Shown piece after piece: positions 27,377 to 36,209 of a stretch of DNA of 40,080 nt. The DNA comes from a virus. Lineage: Duplodnaviria; Caudoviricetes. Location: IMG/VR virus record IMGVR_UViG_3300017700_000307, positions 1-40,080 of that record; one strand, written 5' to 3'. The position numbers were made by a program, and so were the translations under genes. The notes beneath the pieces are model-generated. The model saw only the letters and a program-made list of their open reading frames with translations, was not told the DNA's origin and did no database searches. Position 1 is the stretch's first letter, and every line of letters begins with the position of its first letter.

Positions 27377-27522
27377 ACCCCATCCTCCCATTCATCAACG
27401 CCGGGACCGTAGTGAAAGCCGTCGGAGTCCTGATAACCGTCAGGTGCGGTCCAGATCACGTAAAGCATCGCCACGAACAAAATCACTAGCAACGCGATGA
27501 AGGCGTATGCGCCGGGGGTCAT
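27373..27522 (-). CDS. Small membrane protein (49 aa)
   Basis: Read by hand: MTPGAYAFIALLVILFVAMLYVIWTAPDGYQD...; coupled at both ends. Confidence 0.5.
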   Translation of the reverse strand: MTPGAYAFIALLVILFVAMLYVIWTAPDGYQDSDGFHYGPGVDEWEDGV

Positions 27523-27995
27523 GATTGGGAGGCCTTAATCTGAGTGTTGTAGATGGCTCGCAGAGCAGCGCTGAGAACTGCTAATGCCATTGTCTCGCCT
27601 CGGCCCATGCTCATTTGGTCCTCAAAGTCATAGGCGCCACCATCTGAAGCCATGCCGAGATCGCAGCGAAACCTTCCTCCCGCATCTGACGTCAAGGAGA
27701 ATTCGGGCCAGCTTTCGGGGATAAGCGTAATGGCGGCATCCAGTGAGCCCAAATAATCCCGAGGTTCACGCCAGATGCTAGTGCCATGTAGGCTATCCAA
27801 AATAGGACGCTTGCGGCCATCTTTGCCGATAGTCTCGCCAATAAAATCCTCAGGTGCAATCCAGCCGGGGTTGCTTTTTCCGATCTCTGACGGTGAATAA
27901 CGATGCCATCCAATAGCTAGAGCCACCTCTCGATTGAGCGGCCTTAAATCGCCTGCGGCCTTCTCCACATCGGCAGCTAGTTCTAGTAACGTCAT
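27519..27995 (-). CDS. Hypothetical protein (paralog of 30957..31361)
   Basis: LLELA..VE.A, Y.GSLDAA.TLIP and ALA...AALRA. Confidence 0.6.
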   Translation of the reverse strand: MTLLELAADVEKAAGDLRPLNREVALAIGWHRYSPSEIGKSNPGWIAPEDFIGETIGKDGRKRPILDSLHGTSIWREPRDYLGSLDAAITLIPESWPEFSLTSDAGGRFRCDLGMASDGGAYDFEDQMSMGRGETMALAVLSAALRAIYNTQIKASQS

Positions 27996-28207
27996 GCTGC
28001 TTGCTCCATTACTAGTAGCGCCTTCTCCAGCTTCCCAATCGTAGCCAGAGACGGAACATTGCCCGTTTCGTCGCCACGCAGATGCTTGATCCAGCGAGTG
28101 ATTGACGTGCCAGAAACCTTTGCTTCAGCGGCGAGCGCATAAAGGCTGATCCTGGCGGCGAAAGCTCGTTCGCGAACGGCGAGCATGAGGGTGTTTCTTT
28201 CATCCAT
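27992..28207 (-). CDS. HTH transcriptional regulator (XRE/Cro-like, 71 aa)
   Basis: ISLYALAAEAKVSGTSITRW...PSLATIGKL; start re-assigned to ATG 28207. Confidence 0.7.
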   Translation of the reverse strand: MDERNTLMLAVRERAFAARISLYALAAEAKVSGTSITRWIKHLRGDETGNVPSLATIGKLEKALLVMEQAA

Positions 28208-28213
28208 TCGCAA

Positions 28214-28285
28214 TCGGTACACGTATATAAATGTGCGGTCAACGTATATTTGTGTGTTGACACCTCCACGACACGCGCCCATAAC
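28214..28285. promoter_or_regulatory. Divergent promoter pair with operator-like repeats
   Basis: Plus: TTGACA(28257)-N17-CATAAC; minus: TTGACC-N17-TACCGA-N6-ATG; ACGTATAT at 28221 and 28242. Confidence 0.55.
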
Positions 28286-28312
28286 CCCTCCAACAGCAAT
28301 GGAGCAAATGAG

Positions 28313-28525
28313 ATGTATTCTTGGGAAAAAGAAAAACCTTGGGCAGTCGCTACTAAGCCTGACTGGGCGCCGGGTACAGTTTATGCCGATGGCTATGGCG
28401 GGTGGACCACCAAGAACGAGGCTGAGAAATACGGCAGTGCGGCACTGGCTGAGCGAAAAGTTGAAGCCTTTAGTAAGCGAGGCATCGAATCTTTCGTTGT
28501 CGATGTTCGGGAGTCCGCAGCATGA
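28313..28525 (+). CDS. Hypothetical early protein
   Basis: MYSWEKEKPW...; GGAG RBS; first gene after plus-strand promoter. Confidence 0.55.
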   Translation: MYSWEKEKPWAVATKPDWAPGTVYADGYGGWTTKNEAEKYGSAALAERKVEAFSKRGIESFVVDVRESAA

Positions 28526-28770
28526 CCACCCACGACTACGACGCCATAACCCGCGCCATCAAGGAGTTGCCGCTGGGCAGGCAGTTGCGGATGGTTCGGG
28601 AGATCGTCAGCGCAAAGGACTTCGGCGCCTTCACCTGCGATGCCACCAACGCAATCGACTTCGCGCTAGACGACATGGACGCGCAGGCAATCGAGATGCT
28701 GCGTGAGGAAGATGACAACAGCGGTGCGGATCTGTTTCGTGCGGCACCTTTCTACGGCAACCCACTATGA
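28522..28770 (+). CDS. Hypothetical protein
   Basis: 82 aa, ATGA coupling. Confidence 0.55.
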   Translation: MTTHDYDAITRAIKELPLGRQLRMVREIVSAKDFGAFTCDATNAIDFALDDMDAQAIEMLREEDDNSGADLFRAAPFYGNPL

Positions 28771-28871
28771 TCACCCCCTTCATCCCACTAGCCGACCGCG
28801 TTGACACCAGCGCCATGCTTGCTGCGCTGAAGGTGCAGTTTCCGCAGTATTTTGAGAAGGATAAGAAGTGA
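28767..28871 (+). CDS. Small hypothetical protein (34 aa)
   Basis: Read by hand; coupled at both ends. Confidence 0.4.
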   Translation: MITPFIPLADRVDTSAMLAALKVQFPQYFEKDKK

Positions 28872-29239
28872 TGACCAACACACCACTCTGTGTTGCTGAC
28901 GTGCTGGAGCGCGCGGCTGATCTGATCGAGCCGGAAGGTGCTTGGACACAGAAGGCGATCGGGCGCGATGCTGATGGCAACGACGTTCGCCGCGCCGAGG
29001 AACTTGACCGAGCGGTTTGCTTTTGCGCGGCCGGAGCGATCTGGATGGTCGCAGGCGCAGAAAACAGGTTCGTCGTCCAGCAGGCTTTCAGCATTCTCAA
29101 CGATAATGGCGCGAACGAAGGCGTCGGACCTTGGAACGATGCACGCGGGCGGAAACAGCCAGAGGTTGTCGCCAAGCTTCGCGATGCCGCCTGCCAAGCC
29201 CGTCGCGCCGCCACGCTCGCCCGCGCAGGTGACGCATGA
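28868..29239 (+). CDS. Hypothetical protein, DUF6197-like
   Basis: WTQ...CFCAAGAI...PWND..GR.Q.EVV pattern. Confidence 0.6.
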   Translation: MMTNTPLCVADVLERAADLIEPEGAWTQKAIGRDADGNDVRRAEELDRAVCFCAAGAIWMVAGAENRFVVQQAFSILNDNGANEGVGPWNDARGRKQPEVVAKLRDAACQARRAATLARAGDA

Positions 29240-29400
29240 TCTATCAACGCCCATCATCCCTCCACACCCGAGACCGCGACATCGCCAACATGCCGCTGGA
29301 GCCGGCATATGCCAAGGATGAGCCTTGGTGGGTGTCGCTGGCGCTGTGGCTGGCAATCATTGGCGCTGTAGGCATGGTCTACATCGCGTTTCATTCGTAG
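29236..29400 (+). CDS. Small membrane protein (54 aa)
   Basis: Read by hand; C-terminal PWWVSLALWLAIIGAVGMVYIAF. Confidence 0.5.
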   Translation: MIYQRPSSLHTRDRDIANMPLEPAYAKDEPWWVSLALWLAIIGAVGMVYIAFHS

Positions 29401-29409
29401 GATCTGGAT

Positions 29410-29781
29410 ATGACCAACAAAACAGAACAGCAAGCGGTGCCGGTTGCGCAGATCGACGTGGACTTGGCGAATAAGATCGGTGCGGCGTTTGATTACAACG
29501 CAGGGCCCGAGGAAACGTGGCTCGAAGAGATGCTCGCCCGCCACCGTCTAGATGCCATCCAGACGCGAGAAGCGGAGTTGGCAATCCCGGCTGATATTCC
29601 GCAGTATGAGGGTAGCGATATTTCGCACCTCGAAAGTCTGGCCAGCTATCTCGACAACTACGCTAAGGAGAAAGGCCGCGAGCGTCTGCCCGCCAGCCGT
29701 GACCTGTTTAACGAAATGGCAAAGCGGTTTCGCCAATTCGACGCACTTCTCGCCGTCCTCAACGCCCGAGGTGGGGCATGA
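29410..29781 (+). CDS. Hypothetical protein
   Basis: 123 aa, operon coupling. Confidence 0.55.
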   Translation: MTNKTEQQAVPVAQIDVDLANKIGAAFDYNAGPEETWLEEMLARHRLDAIQTREAELAIPADIPQYEGSDISHLESLASYLDNYAKEKGRERLPASRDLFNEMAKRFRQFDALLAVLNARGGA

Positions 29782-30425
29782 GTGGGTACACCAAGAACGC
29801 GGCGGGCGTGAAGGATGGTGCCGATTGCTACCGGACGATTGGTGGCGTGCGCTGGCTGTGGTGGTCCGAAGATCCCGCCGTGTTCAAGGCGGGCGGTGTC
29901 CGTCATCGCTCCGCACCCGGAGGCGAAGGGACATTCGTTCATCCAGACGATGATGCATTGGCGCAGAGCGCTGTCGCCGCCTGGAACACCCGCGCCCTCT
30001 CGCAGACATTGCCAGCGCCGGGGGAGGTGGAGGCTGTGGCAGCGTCCGCTTCGATCGCGCTGATGTATTTGCAAACCGGGCTCATTGAGTGCCCACAGTG
30101 CGGCGAGGAAGTGCCGACGAAAGACCTGGATGCAACGCATGAACTTGCGACGGTTGTGCAGCCGGCTCCTATCACCGGCGCGCCCACCCTCGCCACCGTT
30201 GCGGCAGCGAATGACGAAGGGGTGGCGAAGGCTGCCGTCGATACGAGCGAATACCGCACCGATTACCAGATCGGGAAGGCTGACGGGATCGAGGCCGCTG
30301 CGAAGGTGGCTGATGATCTGGCGCTTGTTGGCATCCTTACACCTGGTTGGCTTGACGGTGCATCATCGGCGCAACGTCAGATCGCAGCCGCCATCCGCCT
30401 CTTGTCGCAGGGAGGGGGTAAGTGA
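29778..30425 (+). CDS. Hypothetical mosaic protein
   Basis: 215 aa; AAWNTR, CPQCG, GIEAAAKVAD and IAAAIR segments typical of phage accessory genes. Confidence 0.55.
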   Translation: MSGYTKNAAGVKDGADCYRTIGGVRWLWWSEDPAVFKAGGVRHRSAPGGEGTFVHPDDDALAQSAVAAWNTRALSQTLPAPGEVEAVAASASIALMYLQTGLIECPQCGEEVPTKDLDATHELATVVQPAPITGAPTLATVAAANDEGVAKAAVDTSEYRTDYQIGKADGIEAAAKVADDLALVGILTPGWLDGASSAQRQIAAAIRLLSQGGGK

Positions 30426-30772
30426 GCAGCATGAGCGAAACCGTGCAGACGATGGCGCTGAAGCCGATGTCGGTCCTTGGCTGTACCGTGACACGCGCGG
30501 ATCTTGTCGCTGTGGTCTATCACCTTGCCAACGCGCCCGATCGGTTCACGTCGATGGACCTCGTTGGCCCTCTACCAGCGTGGAGCTTTCATTGGCAGCA
30601 GGAGGTGGCGAACCGACTTATGCAGCGCTGGCGAAAATTGGGGCTCGTCAGCTTCAAGACCGGACGCTGGCGACTTTCCCCCGGCGCATGGGACACGCTG
30701 CAATCCGCGGCTCGCCTTACCCCCACCCACCCCGCCTCGAACACCCGCCAGGATGAAGGAACTGTGGTATGA
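30422..30772 (+). CDS. Hypothetical protein (possible winged helix)
   Basis: ANRLMQRWRKLGLVSF..GRW. Confidence 0.5.
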   Translation: MSSMSETVQTMALKPMSVLGCTVTRADLVAVVYHLANAPDRFTSMDLVGPLPAWSFHWQQEVANRLMQRWRKLGLVSFKTGRWRLSPGAWDTLQSAARLTPTHPASNTRQDEGTVV

Positions 30773-30960
30773 GCATCAACACCGCCGAGATGTCCGCGCT
30801 TCTGGCAATTGCCGAGACCGCAGAGCATTCCGCATTCGCAGCCGCAGCCTTGCCACCGACCGAAGCGACGCTGGTCTGGTTCGGTCAGCAGATGGTCGAG
30901 ATAATGGAGGTTGCCCGTGAAGGCGCAGGTCTTCCGCTTCGCAATTGGCCGAAGTCATGA
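30769..30960 (+). CDS. Hypothetical protein
   Basis: 63 aa, coupled. Confidence 0.5.
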   Translation: MSINTAEMSALLAIAETAEHSAFAAAALPPTEATLVWFGQQMVEIMEVAREGAGLPLRNWPKS

Positions 30961-31361
30961 ACCCCCACCAGCAGGAGCCGACGATGGGATTGCTTGAAGA
31001 GCTAGCCGTGCGGTGTGAGGCGGCGACGGGGGCGGATCGGGAGGTGGATGCCGAGATCCGTTGCGCCTTGAACGGTATCGAGTATCCAATAGCTGACACG
31101 CTTCATGGGCGGCTGATGCGTCAGGTCCGACAGGATTGCGCAGAATGCTATACCGGCTCGGTTGACGCGGCGATGACACTTATTCCCGACGGCGAAGAAT
31201 GGAGCCTGCACAAGGTTCTGTACGACAACAAGGGATGCCCCGCCGCGATCGTTAATTTGGAGCTTCCAGAGGTGCTGGCGATGACCCCCGCCCTAGCGCT
31301 AACCGCCGCCTCCCTCCGCGCCCGTCACGCCCTCGCTCTGTCGAAAGGATCGGAGGGGTGA
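30957..31361 (+). CDS. Hypothetical protein (paralog of 27519..27995)
   Basis: LEELA.RCEAA.GADRE.D, YTGSVDAAMTLIP and TPALALTAASLRA. Confidence 0.6.
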   Translation: MNPHQQEPTMGLLEELAVRCEAATGADREVDAEIRCALNGIEYPIADTLHGRLMRQVRQDCAECYTGSVDAAMTLIPDGEEWSLHKVLYDNKGCPAAIVNLELPEVLAMTPALALTAASLRARHALALSKGSEG

Positions 31362-31570
31362 GGAAGCCAGATCATGTCGTATGGATATGGGGATCGCCTG
31401 AGACTGCCGTTGCAACAACCGGTACTCTGCATCGGTGGTGGCATCAGTTCCGGCTAGGCTGGTATCTCGGCCCTCCGTTCGTTCGTCAGACTTGCACCGC
31501 TAGACCTGTCGATCGCGACCCCGTCGAACTAGCGCGATGGTGGGAGACCGCCTTGCCGCTGCGTCGGTAG
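31358..31570 (+). CDS. Hypothetical Trp-rich protein
   Basis: 70 aa; GGAGG RBS, GTGA coupling. Confidence 0.45.
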   Translation: MRKPDHVVWIWGSPETAVATTGTLHRWWHQFRLGWYLGPPFVRQTCTARPVDRDPVELARWWETALPLRR

Positions 31571-31587
31571 CCAGACAAGTCGACGCT

Positions 31588-31761
31588 CTATAACCCCGCC
31601 CTCTTAACCACCACCCTCATCCCCTCAGCCTCCGCCGCCTCAACCAAAGCATCCTTGGCCGCATCGAGCGTCAGGGGTGCTTTTGGGTTAGTGGCGATCT
31701 TGGCGACGGCGGGGATTAAGACGCGGCGGGCTAGGGTCGACAGCAGCTTTCCGAAGTTCAT
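31588..31761 (-). CDS. Small lysis-region protein (57 aa, amphipathic N-terminus)
   Basis: MNFGKLLSTLARRVLIP...; AAGGAG RBS. Confidence 0.5.
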   Translation of the reverse strand: MNFGKLLSTLARRVLIPAVAKIATNPKAPLTLDAAKDALVEAAEAEGMRVVVKRAGL

Positions 31762-31991
31762 GGCGTAGGCTCCTTGTTCACATTGACATCGCCGGTAGTC
31801 GTGGTGGCTACAGATCCGCTTTTGGGGCGAAACGTACCAAGCACGCCGATAAGACCAGTCATCACGCCGCCAATCCCAATAGCCTCCACGCTCTTGCCGA
31901 ATACGAGGCAGATGCACGCCGCGGCGAATAACAGGACGATGGCGCCCAGCGTGGCCAGGAACGCGATTAAGGTGTGATTGTCTTCGTTCAC
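31758..31991 (-). CDS. Two-TM membrane protein downstream of endolysin
   Basis: Two hydrophobic segments; GTG start overlaps endolysin stop. Confidence 0.55.
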   Translation of the reverse strand: MNEDNHTLIAFLATLGAIVLLFAAACICLVFGKSVEAIGIGGVMTGLIGVLGTFRPKSGSVATTTTGDVNVNKEPTP

Positions 31992-32524
31992 AACACAATC
32001 CGATCCAGCCAACCGTACATGAACTTCTCTTGTGACGGCGAACCCTCAGCCAAGGAAAGGTAACGAGCCCCCTGGAGCGCGTTCAGCAACGCCAACAGGC
32101 GCTTCTCACCCTCCTTGCCTCGTTTGGCGATATAAGCCTTCAGTGCGGCTACAGTGGCGGGCCCTATGCGGCCATCAGCCACGATGTCCCGGTAGTCGGC
32201 ACCCTGCTGGTTCAGCGCGTTCAAAGATCGCTGTAGGAAGCCGCTAGGCACCGCTGGCCCCATGTTCACGCCGGTATCCACCAACTCAGCGGCTATCAGC
32301 GGTGATACCTCAGCTACGGCCGCAAAGCCCGGTTTCACGACATACTGCGTGTGGTAGATGTCCAGCGCCTTATCGCGCGGCATATCTTTCATCGCACCGC
32401 CATAGCCGTTTGTGCGAGCCACGTTGACTGTAATGCCCCAGTTGGTTTCACCGCCGCGGTCGCTGGGATCATTGACGTAGCCGCCTTCGTTGCGGAGTAC
32501 GGTTTCTAGGATTGCATCGATCAT
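31988..32524 (-). CDS. Endolysin, glycoside hydrolase family 108 with peptidoglycan-binding domain
   Basis: EGGYVNDPSDRGGETNWGIT, DTGVNMG, DG.IGPAT and F.YGW..R. Confidence 0.92.
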   Translation of the reverse strand: MIDAILETVLRNEGGYVNDPSDRGGETNWGITVNVARTNGYGGAMKDMPRDKALDIYHTQYVVKPGFAAVAEVSPLIAAELVDTGVNMGPAVPSGFLQRSLNALNQQGADYRDIVADGRIGPATVAALKAYIAKRGKEGEKRLLALLNALQGARYLSLAEGSPSQEKFMYGWLDRIVL

Positions 32525-32847
32525 CACGGCTTCCCCCTCTGTGCCCGCCAAATATCACCTTGCTGCACCATAATCTTGTTGGCGCGCGAATGCTTGTAAT
32601 CCCGCCACGTCCTGCCAGCGAGGAATAGGATAACGCCGTACGTCAGCAGAGACACCGCCCAACCCTCGAACGGGTTATCGTTCTTGAACATGATAACGGG
32701 GATTGTAAGAAATGAACCCGCGCCCATCATGCCAAGGCCGGAACGCTCGCAAAAGTTGGTCATCTCGCGAAACTGGGTGAGCTTGAACACGACGATAGAC
32801 GTTACGATCAACCGCCCTGCGACGTTCAGGATGTCAAAGACGGTCAT
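32524..32847 (-). CDS. Multi-TM membrane protein (holin candidate)
   Basis: ~3 TM segments, basic tail, directly upstream of endolysin. Confidence 0.55.
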   Translation of the reverse strand: MTVFDILNVAGRLIVTSIVVFKLTQFREMTNFCERSGLGMMGAGSFLTIPVIMFKNDNPFEGWAVSLLTYGVILFLAGRTWRDYKHSRANKIMVQQGDIWRAQRGKP

Positions 32848-33158
32848 GCCGTATCCTTCCCGCCGAACAGGGCGACACCAGCTTTGGCCTTTTGAATGGC
32901 AAACGGCAAAAGGATGTTCCATCCGGTTCCGCCGATGTAAACGATAGCGTTGGTTGCACGGATGTTCGCCTCTTCAATACCCATCCACTGGGCAACGGAC
33001 GGCATGAAGAACACGGCAAACCCGAACCCCGAAAAGAGTGTCAGTGCAATTTGCACCCACGTCATTTCCTTATAGGTCATTTGTGCCAACGCGGTGACAG
33101 CGCCAGCGAGTGCGGACATGAACATCCACACGTGGCGCATATCGCTGTCATTAATCAC
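32844..33158 (-). CDS. Putative holin (3 TM)
   Basis: 104 aa, three hydrophobic segments, in lysis cassette. Confidence 0.55.
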   Translation of the reverse strand: MINDSDMRHVWMFMSALAGAVTALAQMTYKEMTWVQIALTLFSGFGFAVFFMPSVAQWMGIEEANIRATNAIVYIGGTGWNILLPFAIQKAKAGVALFGGKDTA

Positions 33159-33658
33159 GACGCATTTTCAACCACTCGGCGGGAACCACCGCGTACACCA
33201 CGAAAGCTGCGCCAACTATCAAACACACGATCTGCACAGTCACCACCCCCAACTACAAAAAGCGTTGCAAGCTGGAGAATCAATGCCGCGTCCAGCACCC
33301 GGCGATAGTCGAGATATTCCAGCCCGTTAGCCCACGCTACAGCGTGCATGGAGAGCGTTACCAGATAGGCAGACCAAAGGATAGGCGACCACCAGAACCG
33401 ACGGCACACGATGCCTACGATCATGAGTGAGATTAAGTCGATTACCGACCATGTATCTTCAGTGCTTGCCGGCATCCCCCAGTCGGACAGCACAAACGCC
33501 AGCGAGGCGGGCGCATAGATCCAGGGCATCGAGAACAGCAGCCAGTTCGTAGCTATCACCAGTGCCGCCGTCAGTACCGGGGCGCGGTCCACCTTCACGC
33601 ATGCCGATACTGCTACCGCTAGGACGCACATCAGGCCGAAAGTGTAAGTGGACCACAT
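33155..33658 (-). CDS. Polytopic membrane protein (~5 TM)
   Basis: 167 aa, mostly hydrophobic. Confidence 0.6.
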   Translation of the reverse strand: MWSTYTFGLMCVLAVAVSACVKVDRAPVLTAALVIATNWLLFSMPWIYAPASLAFVLSDWGMPASTEDTWSVIDLISLMIVGIVCRRFWWSPILWSAYLVTLSMHAVAWANGLEYLDYRRVLDAALILQLATLFVVGGGDCADRVFDSWRSFRGVRGGSRRVVENAS

Positions 33659-33663
33659 GACGG

Positions 33664-33795
33664 TTAAGCTACCCGCGGCTTCTTGGGAGGCTGGGGAGGA
33701 TTGGTATTACCGCCGCCGCCAGACAGTGCCTGCAACGTCTTGTTGGAGGGCTTCGGCGCCGGTTTCGGCTTCTTCGGTGTGGTTGGCTTGGTCAT
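33664..33795 (-). CDS. Pro/Lys-rich peptide (43 aa)
   Basis: Read by hand: MTKPTTPKKPKPAPKPSNKTLQALSGGGGNTNPPQPPKKPRVA; GAGG RBS. Confidence 0.5.
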   Translation of the reverse strand: MTKPTTPKKPKPAPKPSNKTLQALSGGGGNTNPPQPPKKPRVA

Positions 33796-33805
33796 TTCAT
33801 CTTCC

Positions 33806-35746
33806 TCATGTCAAAGCCAAGGCAATCTTGACCTTTGCACCCGTTGGCACTGTAACGGTTCCAGCGCCAGGATTATAGAGCGTAAAGTCAATCGCGCTCC
33901 ATATCGTTGCGCCGGTAGAATTCGTCAGCAACGTCTTGTTGTCCAGCGCGATAGCCCCGCCATCGACCTCGCCCGCACTATAGGCAGCGTTCCAGAACTG
34001 CGCCCCAACTCGTAACGTAGCAGCAGCGCCTTCGACCTGCACACAGCGCGTTACCAGCGACTTGCCAGCAGGTACGGGAACACGGATCGTTCCCACTGTT
34101 GGCGACGTGCCACCCGCTGCTATAGGGTCCATAGCCGTAACGATCTGCGTCGTATGGGCATAGGTCTGCATGAGACGAGTAGCACGGACGTTGGCTGTAA
34201 GCGGATCCCCAATCACCGTTCCAGAGATATTTGCCTCGCTGTCGGAATCCGAGAAAACGTTAACCCAGTGTCCTGCGCCGGCAATTGAAGTGTTGAACAC
34301 GACACTACTTGATGTGGCAACGTTGATAGCGCCACTGGCATTGCTCAGGTTTCCGCTAGTCCAGAAAGGTGTGCCCACAGCGGAATCAAAACACACATTT
34401 TTGCAGTTAGTTACATTCAACGCAGCACCGGATACTTGCTGGATCATACCGCCGAAATACACGTCTTCACAATTTGTCAAAGTCAATGCCACACGCTGCG
34501 TGTAAGGCGTTGTCGTTTGATATGCTCCAGTGCGCGCGATCTTGGCGTTGATGTTTACGTACTTGCAATCAACCAGCGTTACAGCATCCTGCGCGCCCTC
34601 GAATATCGTGCTGCCAACAATGTCAATGTACGGGCATTCCCGCATGTAGATCGACTTGTTGTAACTCTGGAACAGCCTGAGGTTTTCCAGCCTAACGCCA
34701 TCCGACCAGTGCGCTTCCACCATACGATTGCAATGCAGCGCAATTACGTTGTCGCTGATCTTTACATCTCGGGCGGTGTAGTCCGTCGATGCAGGCGAGC
34801 CGAAACTAAACACCACATCACAGTCAGACGCCATCCAGTCGCTGATACGCGGCATCTGGGCAGGAGAACCGGCAACTTCAGCGTAAACACCCTTCGCCAA
34901 GCCCATCAATGAGATGTCTCGCGCTTCGAACTGGAGCGACCCAGCGATATTGATGCCAGCCGAACCCGCTTGAAAACCCGCTGGCGTTGCATAGGCCGAC
35001 TGTGAGCCGCCCGTAGCCTTGATCGACAGACCTGACAAGGTAACGCTGTTGGTGTTGGCGGCGTTGAGCGCTAGGATGCCGTTGACCAAAATTTCGGAGC
35101 GCGTGACGGCAGGGAACGCGCCGCCAGTGTAGGGCTCCCACGCGGATTTGCCCGCACCAAAGATTGTCTGCCCGTTGTCGAGATTGACCGTGCTACCGAA
35201 CTTGTATCGCCCTGGAGGCACAAACAGATATTGCGTTGCGTTAACTGCCGCTTGGAACGCTGCGCTATCATCGGTTACGCCATCGCCCTTGGCGCCGAAA
35301 TCCAGAACTGACGCATATTCTGCCGCCTTGTCTCGGACAGTGCGCGTTACAGAGCCCGTTACGGGGATCTTAAGGCCAACCAGCGCAGAGCCGTCGGGCG
35401 CCATAACTTCTTCCAGCCCCTCCCCCTGCGGCCCCTCATCACCCTGCGGCCCCGGATCCCCCTTGGTCGAATTCATCGCTACCGACGGCACACGGAAGAT
35501 AAAGCTGGTCGCGTTCGGCGCGTAGATGTCGAGGTGGTACGTACCAGGCACGACGTAGAAATCCAGATTGCCGTAATCGTCGGTGGATCCCATGTTCTCG
35601 ACACCGGACTTCGTGACGATCGGCGTACCGTTATCGTCGGCTGACATCGTGACGGTGTTCTGGGTAGCGGGATCGATGACGCGCGCGAAGTACCCCACAA
35701 GCGAATCTCCGCTGGTGTTGGTGATGGCCTCGAAATAATGGTGCAT
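33806..35746 (-). CDS. Tailspike / depolymerase with pectate-lyase-like beta-helix
   Basis: SVLDFGAKGDGVTDDSAAFQAA...VPPGRY; short collagen-like GXY linker; beta-helix repeats. Confidence 0.82.
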   Translation of the reverse strand: MHHYFEAITNTSGDSLVGYFARVIDPATQNTVTMSADDNGTPIVTKSGVENMGSTDDYGNLDFYVVPGTYHLDIYAPNATSFIFRVPSVAMNSTKGDPGPQGDEGPQGEGLEEVMAPDGSALVGLKIPVTGSVTRTVRDKAAEYASVLDFGAKGDGVTDDSAAFQAAVNATQYLFVPPGRYKFGSTVNLDNGQTIFGAGKSAWEPYTGGAFPAVTRSEILVNGILALNAANTNSVTLSGLSIKATGGSQSAYATPAGFQAGSAGINIAGSLQFEARDISLMGLAKGVYAEVAGSPAQMPRISDWMASDCDVVFSFGSPASTDYTARDVKISDNVIALHCNRMVEAHWSDGVRLENLRLFQSYNKSIYMRECPYIDIVGSTIFEGAQDAVTLVDCKYVNINAKIARTGAYQTTTPYTQRVALTLTNCEDVYFGGMIQQVSGAALNVTNCKNVCFDSAVGTPFWTSGNLSNASGAINVATSSSVVFNTSIAGAGHWVNVFSDSDSEANISGTVIGDPLTANVRATRLMQTYAHTTQIVTAMDPIAAGGTSPTVGTIRVPVPAGKSLVTRCVQVEGAAATLRVGAQFWNAAYSAGEVDGGAIALDNKTLLTNSTGATIWSAIDFTLYNPGAGTVTVPTGAKVKIALALT

Positions 35747-35759
35747 CTCTTAGCCCCGC

Positions 35760-36209
35760 CTATTGGTTCGACTGGTTATAAAGGTAGTAATCGCATTGTC
35801 CAACCGCTGTGTTGCCGTTGGCGTCGGTGCATGTGACAGTAGCGGTGGCGTATATCTCTTGGTTGTTTGATAGCGTTGCTGTGAATGCGGTGAAGGCATT
35901 TGTTGGATTCGTGATCGTCACGCCGCCAGCCGACCAAGCGTAGGAATAGGGCGCTGTGCCGCCGCTGGGGGTGGCCTGCGCGTAGCTTGTTGTGACGGTT
36001 TGTCGAATGGGTTTTGGGGGATTTGCGCCGCCTTGGACGTAGGGCGTAACGGACAGGGACAGCGGCGGAATAAACGAGGCAATCGAAACCCATCCGCCGC
36101 TACGGTAAGACTCCCCGCGCGTAATCCGCCTCCAGGCGCCGCCAATAAGAACTTCTCCGCGTGCGGGCGCTCGCCATGCTCCAGATATGAAGGCTTCCAT
36201 CTTAGGCAT
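35760..36209 (-). CDS. Hypothetical tail-associated protein
   Basis: 149 aa; SGGTAPYSYAW Ig-like motif. Confidence 0.55.
   Translation of the reverse strand: MPKMEAFISGAWRAPARGEVLIGGAWRRITRGESYRSGGWVSIASFIPPLSLSVTPYVQGGANPPKPIRQTVTTSYAQATPSGGTAPYSYAWSAGGVTITNPTNAFTAFTATLSNNQEIYATATVTCTDANGNTAVGQCDYYLYNQSNQ

Noticed and set aside
28631-29356. 241-aa minus-strand ORF and other minus ORFs in 28500-31200
   Set aside because: The plus strand carries a tightly coupled operon with RBSs; these are shadows
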